In this document: piece after piece, positions 51,845 through 64,000 of the stretch
How the letters are laid out: every line of letters begins with the position of its first letter
Position numbering within the stretch: the stretch's first letter is position 1
Assembly (NCBI GenBank): GCA_052327205.1
Contig: JBMRGM010000043.1
Coordinates: 31,682,001-31,746,000 of the forward strand
Direction of reading: 5' to 3'
DNA: 64,000 nucleotides
From: Somniosus microcephalus
Taxonomy: Eukaryota
Made by a program: the position numbers and the translations under genes
The notes under the pieces: generated by a model
What the model was told of the DNA's origin: nothing
What the model saw: only the letters and a program-made list of their open reading frames with translations
The model's database searches: none

Positions 51845-53465
51845 TCAACAGGCCAGTCAGCCTAACATAGTTATTTGGAACCATTATTAGGGAAAAAATA
51901 AACTTTTATTTGGAAATCATGGTTTAATCAAGGAGATCCAACATGGATTTGTTGAAGGCAAATCGTGTCTGACAAACTCGATTGAATTCTTTGATGAGGT
52001 AACAGAAACTTTTGATCAAGGTAGTGAAGTAAATGTTGTATATTATAGACTTTCGGAAGGCAGTCGACCGAGGCTTGTTAAAAAATATGTAAACTCATGG
52101 GATTAAGGGAACGTGGCGGTATGGATAGGGAATTAGCTCGGTGACAGGATGCAGAGTGTGGTGGTGGATGGATGTTTCTCAGACTGGGAGGCGGTTTTGC
52201 AGTTCTGTTCCCCAAGGGTCAGTTTGGGGTCCATAACTCTTTGCAATTGCAATGAGCGACCGAGATTAAGGTGTAGGGGGCAACATTGTAAACTTGCAGA
52301 TGACACATAACTTGGCCAGGTAGTAGATAGTGATGAGGATACTTGTAGTCTTCAGGGTAACATAGACAGGAATGGTTAAATGGGCAGAAGCATGGCACTT
52401 GGAGTTCAACCCTGAGAACTGTGAAGTGATGTACTTCTGGAGAACTAATCTGGAAAGACAATATACAATAAAGGACTCGATTTTGAAAATGGTGGATGAG
52501 CAGAGATGACTTGATGTGCTTATAAACAAATTCTTAAATATGGCAGGACAAGTTGCTAAGTTGGTTAAAGCAGCATAGGGAACACTTGTATTTTTTAAAT
52601 AGCGGCTTAGAATATAAAAGCAAAGAGAACATGCTAGAACTTTTGAAATCAGTAGTTAGACCTCAGCTGGACAATTCTAGGCAGCAACTTGCCAAGGCTC
52701 CTTCGACAGCACCTCCGAAACCCGCTATCTCTTCCACCTAGAAGGACAAGGCGCATCAGAACACCACCTCCGAGTTCCCCTCCAAGTCAAACACCATCCT
52801 GCCTTAGAAGAATATCGCCGCTCCTTAATCGTCGCTTGGGCCAATATCCTGGAACTCCCTCCCTAACAGCACTGTGGGAGTACCTTCACCACACGGACAG
52901 CAGCGGTTCAAGAAGGCAGCTAACCACCACCTTCTCAAGGGCAATTAGCGATGGGAAGTATATGATGGCGTTGTCAGCGATGCCCACATCCCAAATACGA
53001 ATAAAATCACACTTCAGGAAACATGTAAGAGGCAAAGAAAGCATACAGAGGATGTTTACAGGATATTACCAGGGATGAGAGACTTTATTTACGAGGAGTG
53101 GTTGGAAAATTAGGAGGTGGAAGAGAGAAGGTTAAGGGGTGAGTCAATAGTGGTTTTCAAGAGGACGAGAGGTTTTGTTAGAGTAGATAGAGAAACAATA
53201 TTCCCTCTTGATCAATAACTAGAGTTCGTAGATTTAACATCATTGTAAAAAGATCTTGAGGGGAGATGTGGAGAACTATTTTTCATTCAGAGAGTTGTCG
53301 GTATCTAGAACACTCCACCTGAAAATTTGGTGGAAGCTATTTCCATCAATAACTTTAGCAGTTAATTGGACGGATCTTTGAGGATGAGGACCTTACAGGG
53401 CTGCAGACAAAAGCCAGGGATATGGGACTAAGCAGGATTGCTCCTTCAAGGAGTTCTATGTTCTC
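51845..53465 (+). mobile_element. Old CR1 RT region with nested LINE tail
   Basis: Eroded QHGFVEGKSCLTNSIEFFDEVT and VVRPQL motifs; insert at 52680-53005. Confidence 0.82.
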
Positions 53466-53572
53466 TGTAGCTACTGCTGAATGTTTCTATGATGCTGTAA
53501 CATTTCGTTGAAAGTGAACTTTGAGTTGTTGATGCATGAATCCTTAATTTCTAAGAATATTTTCGTGCAAAG

Positions 53573-53664
53573 GGTGACAACTGAAAATAGATCTGTACCT
53601 CCGAGTGAAGAAACATCTGCGAGCAATTTCGAGTATGCAGTTGGGGGATCAGCCCCAAATACTG
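53573..53664 (+). CDS. Gene B cytoplasmic exon 2 (VTTENRSVPPSEETSASNFEYAVGGSAPNT)
   Basis: caaag|G GTG...ACT G|gtaagc; phase 2-1; paralog of 12573-12658. Confidence 0.8.
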
Positions 53665-54647
53665 GTAAGCATGAACTGACACTTGAAAAATATGGTAGAT
53701 TGTTCACGGTAACATTTGTTCTGCTGGTAACCCACTGTCACATCAGTGGAAGTTCAGTGAAAACTTTAGGGAGACGGCCGTTTCACATGACTTGCGCCAA
53801 TATTCCGCCGACATTGCGACGAGACATGGTGGAAATCGACCATGGACATTGGAGATCTTCATCTGCAAGCATTCAGCATACTCTAGTTAGATTTATAACT
53901 TACTGCCTGGACAGGTAGCATCGCATGGGTTGAGCATACGAAGGGAAATAGTTTGGGGTCTTTGGCACGGTCCATTTGAACCATGTTGATAGAAAGAAAT
54001 GCAGGTGGTTCAGTAAAGGATGTGCCTGTTGCCCCAGCAGACTGAGCTGTCTGCGCTCTTTGCAGATGATGCTAACTGCTCCGACGCCAAGACAAAAAGC
54101 TACCCCTTATTCCCTTTTCCTTTTGAATTAATTATTTCCTCTACTTCTCCTTCTCATCTTTTTCTGAAGTTAGTGGGTCCCAATCGGCCGGGATTGATAG
54201 GAAGGCATCTGGGTGCTAGTCCATATGTGTTAATCTCAGAAACTGATAATCAGACATAATGAGCAATATCTTGAGTACTCAATTGACATTGGGACCTGTC
54301 TCCTCACAACCACTACAAATCAAATTTCCAAGCAAAGAATGATGGAACTGGACCTCTCACCGCTATCTGGGTGAAAGGAATGGAGAGAATGAGAGAATGT
54401 GCTGCTCACCGCCACCCTGTTTACAAGCAAGCGACTCAGCCCAGCCCCATGGCTTGGGACCAAGACACTTCATGACTTTGCTCACGGGACTTTGGATCAG
54501 CTTGTATTGATCAGGGTAAATAGTTGCTAGCTTTTAAAACCAGTGAACACAGCTGTAAATTTCCAATCATGAATTGTAGGATGGGTCTGGTATCGAAGTG
54601 CTTCCTTGATTATCATTGATCGCAGTTTCCTCTTTCTCTCTCTACAG

Positions 54648-54704
54648 CTTCTAGTTCTGATCAGGTAACCTACAGTTTAGTACAAGGCACGAAGCCCATG
54701 GAAG
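54648..54704 (+). CDS. Gene B ITIM exon 1 (ASSSDQVTYSLVQGTKPME)
   Basis: Strong polypyrimidine tract, ctacag|...GAA G|gtaagg; 57 nt, phase 1-1; VTYSLV fits (I/V/L/S)xYxx(L/V). Confidence 0.85.
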
Positions 54705-55450
54705 GTAAGGAATCGCTGCATTACTTTGCTAGAGGGCTTGTTAACTACTGTAAGTGTAGCGTCTGTCTTCAGTTTGTGAGACGTCATCTGGGAAGAGCCT
54801 GAATCGATTGATGCATTATAGGACTGACACCACAATACCAGTATTTGTAAAAGAAAAAATCACTATAGGCTCTTTGTAAGTTCCATCTCTCGGGATTAGT
54901 ATCCTTAGAACCTGCACACAAACTCCCCTGTTCTGGTTTTTTGATAACATCATAACTGGCCGGACTATTAGTGTTGCCATAAACTGCAATGACGATAACA
55001 AATGCTTAATATAAGTCGATCGATACATTTGAAGGCAAATAATGTGTACTTTTGGTGGCAAACATCATCCATTCTTGGACATTTAAATCAATGCTATTCA
55101 ATTAATGATTATATATCATCCTTATTAAACTGATGGAAATGACATGATCTATTCCCATGCACTATATTCATATGGATACTAATACGGTTGTCTCAATTCA
55201 TTATCGCTATCAATTAATTTATATCAAGTAATCAATCAGTCTACCTTTGTAAATGGCTGTCCATTTATCCATCAATATGTTTCTATCTATTTATCTATCT
55301 ATCTTTATATCTATTTTCCAAATATCTATATCTTTCTATCTATCTCCCCGTGTCTTCCTCCCTATTTCTCTATATATATCTATCGTCTCTCTATCATCTA
55401 TATATTAATCCCTCGTTTTTGTCTTGTTTTCTCTTTTTGTTTCTGTTTAG

Positions 55451-55516
55451 ATATTACCGGAAATGCTGCCAATTTAGTGTATTCGGAGGTCACGATCAGA
55501 AAGTCACGAGAATGTG
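55451..55516 (+). CDS. Gene B ITIM exon 2 (DITGNAANLVYSEVTIRKSREC)
   Basis: T-rich tract, tttag|AT ATT...TGT G|gtaaat; 66 nt, phase 1-1; LVYSEV. Confidence 0.85.
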
Positions 55517-55799
55517 GTAAATTCTGTGAATTGTTCGCTGCTGTTGCTAAGGGAGATGATAATTACAGTTCTAGATAATGTTGGGATATTCCTGTGCTTG
55601 GTACAGTGGGAATGAGGCACATGGACTGTAAACTAAATAGTGGGGGTTGGGAATCAGGTGAAGGGGAACTTCGAAAGTCAAAGAGAAGGTTGAAGGTAAT
55701 AGTGCAAGGTAGCGATAGGGTTAATGATAACTAGAGAGTGACAGAAGGAGATAGAGCATACAAACATAAACCTGCAACTACACATAGATTCAGAGTCGG

Positions 55800-58700
55800 T
55801 AAAAATGGTATAAAATAAATAAAGGTTATTTATCTGAATGCACACAGCATTCGTAACAAGATAGATGAGTTGGTGGCATGAAGAGAAATAAATGTGTGTG
55901 ATCTGAAAGCCATTACAGAGACGGGGTTGCAAGGTGACCAAGGCTGGGAACTGAATATTCAGGGGTATTTGACATTTCGGAAGAATAGGCAGAAAGCAAA
56001 AGGAGTTGGGTAGCTCTTTTAATAAAGGATGATATCAGTGCAGTGACGAGAAATGAAATTGCCTCAGGAAATCAAGATGTAGATATAGTTTAAACGGAGA
56101 TAAGAAATAATAAGTGAAATAAGTCACTAGAGGGAGCAATCTATAGGCCTCGTAAAAGTACCTACACTGTAGGACAGAGTATAAATCTTGAAATAAGATT
56201 GGCTTGTAAGAAATGTACTGTGATAATCATGGGCAATTTTAATCTTTATATAGATGGAACAAATCGAATTGACAAGGTTAGCCTTGAGGACGAGTTCATA
56301 GAATGGATTCAGGATGGTTTGCTAGAACAATACGTTGTGGAATCAACCAGGGAGAAGGCTATTTTAGACCTGGCAATATGTAATGAGGCAGGATTAATTC
56401 ATGATCTCATGGTAAAGGATTCTCTAGGGAACAGTGATCATAGCATGATGAATTTCTAATTCAGTTTGAGGGTGAGAAACTTGGGTCTGAAACTAGTGTC
56501 CTAAACTTAAATAAAGGCAGTTACAAAGGTATGAAGGCAGAGTTGGCTAACGTAGACTGGGAAAATAGATTAATGAGTAAGACGGTAGAAAATCAGTGAC
56601 AGATATTTAAGGATATTTTTCGTAACTCTCAGCAAAGATTTATTCCAGCGTCAAAGACAGACTCTACGAGAAGGATGAACATCTGTGGCTAACTAAAGAA
56701 GTTAAAGACGGTATCAAATTGAAAGAAAAGGCAGATAATGTTGCAAAAATTAGTGGTAGGTCAGAGGATTGGGAGATTTTTGGAATTCGGCAAAGGATGA
56801 ATAAAAAACTAATAAAGAGGAAGAAATAGATTATGAAAGGAAACGAGCACAAAATATAAAGGAACAGACAGTAAGAGCTTCTACATGTATATAAACGGGA
56901 AGAGAATAGCTAAAGTAAACGTTGGTCACTTAGAGGATGGGACTGGGGAATTAATAATGGGAAATAGGGAAATGGCAGAGACTTTGAATACACTAAAAGC
57001 ATCACAATAATAATTGGTAATCAAGGGGCTATGTTCACAATATATATCAGTAATTTAGGTGAGGGTACCAAATGTAATATTTCCAAGTTTGCTGACGTCA
57101 CGAAACCAGGTGGGATTGTGAGTTGTGAGGAGGATGCAAAGAGGCTTCAAGGTGATTTGGAGAAGTTGAGTGAATGGGCAAATACATGGCAGATGCAGTA
57201 TAACGTGGATAAATGTGAGGTTATCCATTTCGGTACAAAAAACAGAAAGGCTGAATATTATTTAAATGTTGATAGATTGGGAAATGCTGAATTACAGAAG
57301 GACCTGGCCGTCCCTGTACACCAGTCACTGAAAGCAAACATGGAGGTGCAGCAAGCAGTTAGGATGGCAAATTATATGTTGGCCTCCATTGCAAGATGAC
57401 TTAAGTAGAGGAAAAATGAAACCTTACTACATTATACGTGGCCTTGGTGAGACCTTGTGCATTTTTGGTCTCCTCACCTAAGAAAGGATAAACTTGCCAC
57501 AGAGGGAGTGCAGCGAATGTTCACCAGTCTGATTCCTGGGAAAGCAGGACTGTCGGATGAGCAGAGATTTGGTCGACTAGGCCTGTATTCACTAGAGTTT
57601 AGAAGAATGAGAGGGGATCTCATTGAAACGTATAAAATTCTGACAGTGCTAGACAGACGGGATGCAGGGAGGATGTTTCCCTGGCTGGGCGGGTGGGGTC
57701 TAGAATGATGGGTCACAGTCTCAGGATGCGGGGTAGGACATTTAGGACTGAGATGAGGAGAAATTTCTTCACTCAGAGGGTGGTGAACCTATGTAATTCT
57801 CTACCACAGATGGCTGTCGAGGCCAAGTAACTGAATATATTTTTAGAAGGAGATAGCTAGATTTCCAGACACAAAAGGCATCAAGGGGTATGAGTAGAGA
57901 GCGCGAATATGATATTGAAATAGATAATCAGCCATGATCACTTGAATGGCGAGCAGGCTCAAAGGGATGAATGGCCTACTCCTGCTACTAATTTTCAATT
58001 CACTATGTTTTCTAAATCAATGACTATCACTAGAGAAAAACTGCGAGGCAAATTAATGAGACTAAAGACTGACAATTGCCCTGGACCTGATGGCCTACTT
58101 TCAAGGGTCTTAAAAGAAGAGGCTCCAGAGATATTGGATGCGTTGTTTGTAATCGACCAAAATTCCATGGATTCTGGCGAGCTCCCAGTGCCTTGGAGAA
58201 CCGCAAATGAAGCACTTCTATTAAAGAAAGGAGGGAGGCAAAAAGCAGGAAACTATAGGCCAGTTAGCCTAACATCTGTCATTGGGAAAATGCGGGTATC
58301 CATTATTAAGGAAGTCATAGCAGGACATTTAGAAAATCCTAATGCAAACAAGCAGAGTCAACATGGTTTTATGGAAGGGAAATTGTGCTTGACAAATTTA
58401 CCAGAGTTCTTTGAGGATGTAACGAGCAGGGTGGATAAAGGGGGACCATTAGATGTGGTGTATTTGAATTTCCAGAAGGCATTCGATAAGTTGCCACATA
58501 AAAGGTTACTGCACAAGATAAGAGCTCATGGGGTTGGGAGTAATATATTAGCATGGATAGTGGATAGGATAACTAACAGAAAAATAAAAAGCCGGGATAA
58601 ATGGGTCATTTTCCAGTTGGCAAACTTTAACTAGTGGGGTGCCACAAGAATCAGTGCTGGGGCCTCAACTATTTACACTCTATAGTAATGACCGGGCCAA

Positions 58701-59600
58701 ATTTGCTGATGATACAAAGATAGGTGGGAAACAAATTGTGAGGAGTACACAATTAGTTTGCAAATATAGATATGTTAAGTAAGTGGGCAAAAATATCGCA
58801 GATGAAGATTAATGTGGGAAAATGTGAGATTATCAACTTTGGTAAGAAAATTAAAACAACAAATTATTATTTAAATGGAGGGAGACTATTTAATCCTGCC
58901 ATACAGAGGGATCTGGGTGTCCTCGTATTTGAAACACAAAAGGTTAGCATTCAGGTACAGAAAGTAATTAGGAAGGCAAATGGAATGTTGTCCTTTATTG
59001 CCAGGGGGTGGAGCATTAAAGTAGGGAAATCTTGCTACAACTGGAGTACTGCATGCAGTTTTGGTCTCCTTTTTTCAGGCGGGATATACCTGCATTGGAG
59101 ATAGTTCAGAGAGGGTTCACTAGGCTAATTCCTGAGATGAAGCGATTGTCTTCTGAAGAAACGTTGAGCAGGATGGGCCCATACACATTGGAGTTTAGAA
59201 GAATGAGAGGTGATCCTATTGAAACATATAAGATTCTGAGGGAGCCTGACAGGGTAGATTTAGGGAGGATGTTTCCCCTCGTGGGGTAATCTAGAAGTAG
59301 GGGGCACAGTCTCAGGATAAGGGATCGCCCATTTAAAATGGCGATGAGGAGTAATTTCTTCTCTGAGGTTCGTGAATCTTTGGAATTCTCTACCCCAGTG
59401 AGCTGTGGAGGCGGAGTCATTGATTGTATTCAAGGCAGAGATAGACATATATGTGAGCTACAGGGGAGTGAAGGTTTTTGAGGAGCGGATGGGAAAGTGG
59501 CGTTGAGGGCAATATCAGATGAGACATGATCTTATTGAATGGTGGTGCAGGTTCGAGGGTCCGAATGGCCTACTCTTGCTCCTATTGCTTATGTTTCTTA
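55800..59600 (+). mobile_element. Composite CR1 LINE: endonuclease-RT copy with another CR1 3' end nested at about 57025-58010
   Basis: YLNAHSIRN-like start; ORFs 56199, 57031, 57457, 57942, 58772 and 59032 carry CR1 motifs; the RT C-terminus occurs twice. Confidence 0.92.
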
Positions 59601-59890
59601 TGAAATATCACGTAGATGTTATTAGCACATGTAATTTTTACCTTACTCAGCCTGGCCGAAAATGGACAGGGTCTGGTGAAATGCCGGTTCTCAATCGCAC
59701 CCATTTTTACTCTCCTACTACAATGGAGAGAAAATCCACTGGGGATAAACCCAGAAATTGTCCCGATCCCTTCAGTTTACCGGTAGGGTAGGTGAGATTA
59801 AAATGACCCCGGATTAGGCTGGATTCATCTAATTCTGTTCATCAACTTCCCCAGATTGTTTCATTTATAATGCGTCTCCTTTATTTACAG

Positions 59891-59922
59891 GTAATGATGG
59901 TGGCGCCTCAGGAAGGAAACAG
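59891..59922 (+). CDS. Gene B cytoplasmic mini-exon (GNDGGASGRKQ)
   Basis: ttacag|GT AAT...CAG|gtaagt; 32 nt, phase 1-0; consensus splice sites. Confidence 0.7.
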
Positions 59923-60512
59923 GTAAGTTATCTTTATAGGGGAAAGATGCTGCTGATAAATACCACGACCAATGCGGGTAGATTTCTAACTTACCTTCGC
60001 AAAGTAAAGTGTCAGCCATCAGTTATAGCAATGGCCCGATTGATACACACACCCTTATTGAAAAGATAGTCGTTTGGACTGTGAACCGAGCAGCACATTC
60101 GCTGTCACCCGTTATGGTCCCACACTGCCCAAAAGCAATTTTAAACCTGATGTCTATTATTCTCTATCATTGGGGCAGATATTCTGCTTGCTTCTTGGGC
60201 TTAATAGAGGCAATCAGGATCTTTCACGCAGAATAGAAAACGCACACATTTAATTTGCATTGATTTGAATTAAAAGTAGAATCCGGCGGTTCCGATCACT
60301 GCAAGTTTTAAGCCTTGACCCAATTTCTAATATCCACATCATTCTGTCTGCAAAGGTCATCACTAAACTGAATATATTGTCTCCACCCCACTCAAGTAGC
60401 CAGTGAATAGTAATTTAATTCCCGACGATTATTTTAAAAATTCAGTTACCAGTTGTTTACAAAATGGTAAAGACAATTGTAGATTCATTCCCCCGAAAGT
60501 TCATTGCAATCA

Positions 60513-60830
60513 TGGGTGCAGTAGCTTAGTGGTGACATAACTGGACTAATAATCCAGAGGCTTCGACTAATGATCCGAAGAAATGAATTCAAATCCCACC
60601 ACCGGCAGCTGGGGAATGTAAACTCAGTTAAATAAATAAATCTGGGATAAAAAGCTGATAACAGTAAAGGCGACCACGACACTCTCAGGTTGTTGTAAAA
60701 CCCAACTAATGTCCTCCAGGAAGGAAATTGGCTGTCCTTAGCTGGTCTACCCTATATGTGACTCCAGACCCACTGCCAATGTGGTTGACAGTTAACTGCC
60801 CCTGAAATGGCCGAGCAAGCGGCGCAATTG
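60513..60830 (+). mobile_element. tRNA-headed SINE (third family)
   Basis: A-box-like tagcttagtgg, B-box-like ttcaaatccc, tail shared with 3465-3530. Confidence 0.6.
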
Positions 60831-62514
60831 CAACAAACCATTACGAAAAGATGTTACCCCTATGGTAACACCTTCCCCTCCAAGTCACACACCATCCTGA
60901 CTTGGAAGTACATTGCCATTCCTTCATCGTCGCTGGGTCAAACTCCTGGAACTCCCTGTCTAACAGCACTGTGGGATAACCTTCACCACACAGATGCAGC
61001 ATTCCAAGAAGGCGGCTCACCACCACCTTCTCCAAGGCAATTAGGGAGGAGCAATAAATGCGGGCCTTGCCAGTGATGCCCACATCCTGTGAATGAATAA
61101 AAAATTATCATCCCTTGTTTAAATTTAGTCGTTGGTTTATTCATTGCTCGTTTCATTCCAACCATTTTCTTTAATTTTTTTGCTATAAAATAAATTCAGA
61201 GAGGAATCATAAGTGTATTTTTGTGTGACCTCAGCCAGTTAATTGTCAGTAGTTTTGAACACACTGAAAATCGGGCGATATTGAATTGGCCATCCATTAT
61301 CCATCTCTCCCGACTTCCCTTCCACTGAAATAACCACTGATTCTACCTCGCCAGCTGTGCACCACCGCCTGAGACCAATTTCAGCTTCCTGTTCATTAAT
61401 TCCAGGCTAACAAGAATGGTCCCAACGACTATTGTGTCACATACGCCATAGTTAACCGTGCAAACACTGAAGCTAGTTTGGAAGGAGGCCCAATGGAAGA
61501 AGGCTGTGTCTACGAAAACTTTCCACGGAAATAAGAGCAAAGCAGGATTAACAAGCATAGAAACAACAAAGAAAACAGAATGGAGGCAACGGCAATCAAC
61601 TTGTGCTCTGCGCAAATTACCTGCCCTCAGGGACTTTAGTCTGAAGGCAGGTTAGGCCATTGTTCCTTGTGCAAGGCCTTCTAGGCACAGAGTTCGTGCC
61701 CGCCAGCCATTCAATTTATACGTATGTTTTACTCTGACAGGACTTTATATCTCTGCAGCTTATATTTTGCAGAGGGCTCCTACCTCTGGCTTTGGTGGTG
61801 CTACCTGCAAGACTATACTGTTTGTAAGACCATTACATCAGAATGTATACCCATTTTATCCATGTTAAAATGCAATTAACTAACGGGCGTGTTGGGGCTC
61901 TTGCTCTAATATTCTGCCAGTGTTCTTGAATGCTTCCGTAACTGCAGAGGGAGATCAGTAGATCTTCTGGAGAAATTATGCAAATGGCCGAAGGTGGGAG
62001 AAAACCTGTAGCAATTTCCAGGGTCAATTTTTTCTTTAATAATGTTGTAAAATGAATGCTATCAAATTGACCGCTTGTATAACCCCACGGCCTATTTACT
62101 TTTCCATTATTTTGAATAAAGGAAAAGCGGGCATGATGTACAATGGGAGCCTTGATTGATATCATACATTTCCCATCCTCGCCCAAATTCCAATCTATCT
62201 GAATGCCACAAATAAACTGTGTATAGAGTAACTGGTTACTGCTTAATCTTCATCACCTTGGGGTTTAGCATTCGAGGGGCAGAGCGCAGGATAATACATC
62301 TGGCGGGGAGGATGGCTTGTTACTTGCAAAACCCATCGAATTTTGCTTTCTTTCAGCCTTTAAACATCAGGCCATTCCGTTACCGGTATCCCTCTTGCCA
62401 AATCTTCCATCCACATTCTGGCGGTAAAGTCTGAACTCTACCTCACCATATATTAGTGCCAAATGCATAAGACATAGCGTTTTGTATTGCTACATGATAT
62501 GATGGGATTTTAAA

Positions 62515-63725
62515 AATTACACAGAATTTAAAGCACAGTAACCGGCCATTCTGACCAACAGGTCTGTGCTTGTGTTTATGATGCACACGAGACTCTTCTC
62601 ACCTTCTTTCGTCTAATCCTATCAATATCTCCTTTAATTCCTTTCTCTCATATGTACTTATCTAGATTACCCTTTAAGATATCTGTGTTGTTAGCCTCCA
62701 CCACCTAAACTTCTGGAATTTCTATAAGTGGACTCCTCTTCTCTATGCCTACCCTATCAAACCCCTTCATAATTTAAAATAACTCTACTCGTTCTCCCCT
62801 CAGACCTCTGTTTTCTACAGAAAAGAATCCCGATCTATTAGTTATATCTTGAGAGTTAAGACGTTTCATTTCTGGTACAATGCTCCTCAATACGTTTTAC
62901 CGTCTCTTTTTCCTCTATGCATTTTGTAATATATAACAATAAAGAACATAAGAAGTAGGAGCAGGAGTAGACCATATGGAGCCTCGAGGCTGCTCTTGCA
63001 TTCAATAAGATCATGGCTGATCTTCAAACTTAACTGCACTTGTTTGCACTAGAATCCAAAAATCAATCTTATCTCAGCCTTGAATGTACTGAACGATTCT
63101 GCATGCACAGCTAATTGGGAAAGAGAATTCCAAAGAGTAACTAACCTCTGAGTGAAGACATTTCTCCTCATCGCTGACCCATATCTTGAGACTATGCCCC
63201 CTAGTTATAGACTCTCCAGCCAGGGGATACAGCCTGTCAGCATATAACCTGCAAATCCCCCTCTGAATCTTATGTTTCAATGAGCTCACCCCTCATTCTT
63301 CTAAAATCCAGTGCTTATGGTCTCAATCTACTCAATCTCTCCTCATCGGACAACCCTCTCATCCCGGGAATCAATCTAGTGGAGCTGCATTGAACCGCCT
63401 CTAAAATGGAGACCACAAGTGTACACAATACTTTAATGTGGCCCAACTACGTTTCTATACAAATTTAACATGGCTTCTCTGCTTTTCAATGCATTTCCTC
63501 TAGAAATGCACTCCAATACTTTGGTAGCATTTTTCGGGCCTTGTCAAATTGCGTTACTAATTTTAATGATTTGTGAATGTGTACCCCTGGATACCTTTGC
63601 TCCTCTGCCACATTTAGATTCTTATTTTGCGAGGATAAAGTGCTTCCTCATTCCTTCTACCAAAATTCACAAACTAACTATGTTAAAATTCGCTTGCCAT
63701 GTAGATGCCCATTCATCATGATTAT
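62515..63725 (-). mobile_element. Nested degenerate CR1 3' fragments
   Basis: aagaacataagaagtaggagcaggagtag tail at about 62942; ORF 63074..63289 RGHSLKI. Confidence 0.82.
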
Positions 63726-63818
63726 TACCGTCTTTTTATATTTTATCGTGCTTCGACAATAATTTTTTATCGCTGAATAATAAATATAATGTTAAGAAAT
63801 ATTCCCTGTTGTTCACAG

Positions 63819-63830
63819 ATTGAGACATAA
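63819..63830 (+). CDS. Candidate last coding micro-exon of gene B (IET*)
   Basis: ttcacag|ATT GAG ACA TAA GT|gtaagt; phase 0 matches the preceding exon. Confidence 0.45.
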   Translation: MET

Positions 63831-64000
63831 GTGTAAGTCTATTCACTAGGATTTCAACCAAACCTTCTGCTAATTCAATGCACAAATAAAGTGGCTTTAG
63901 TTTGAAACTGGGCAATGACCATGCCTTTCTGCCGGTGTTTCACTGGAGACTCTCTCCCAATGATTGGGTAGGACAGGGGAGGAAAAATGTATTTCTGGTG

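Noticed and set aside
53628-53645. FEYAVG as a third ITIM
   Set aside because: Position Y+3 is Gly and Y-2 is Phe, so it does not fit the ITIM or ITSM consensus.
57942-58634. 230-aa ORF as a host gene or active retroelement
   Set aside because: Fragment of frameshifted CR1 ORF2.
61458-61655. Possible RTE-type LINE C-terminal remnant
   Set aside because: Only a vague resemblance; no diagnostic motif.

Overview
Vertebrate genomic DNA, most likely from a shark or other cartilaginous fish (HE1-type V-SINE, Deu-domain SINEs, abundant CR1 LINEs). The + strand carries a tandem cluster of FcR/FCRL/LITR-like C2-set Ig receptor genes, reconstructed by hand from GT-AG sites and reading phase. Gene A (1037-13689; leader outside the window) has 4 intact Ig exons, 2 dead Ig exons, a TM segment containing Arg and a tail with no Tyr. 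Gene B (about 31022-63830; about 972 aa if all exons are used) has 9 Ig exons including a duplicated 3-exon cassette, an uncharged TM, and two ITIMs (VTYSLV, LVYSEV) on separate small exons. Between them the 5' module of gene B is triplicated, and two copies are orphans. Main hypothesis: A and B are a paired activating/inhibitory receptor system evolving by birth-and-death. Exon models, repeat names and repeat boundaries come from reading by eye; no searches were run.
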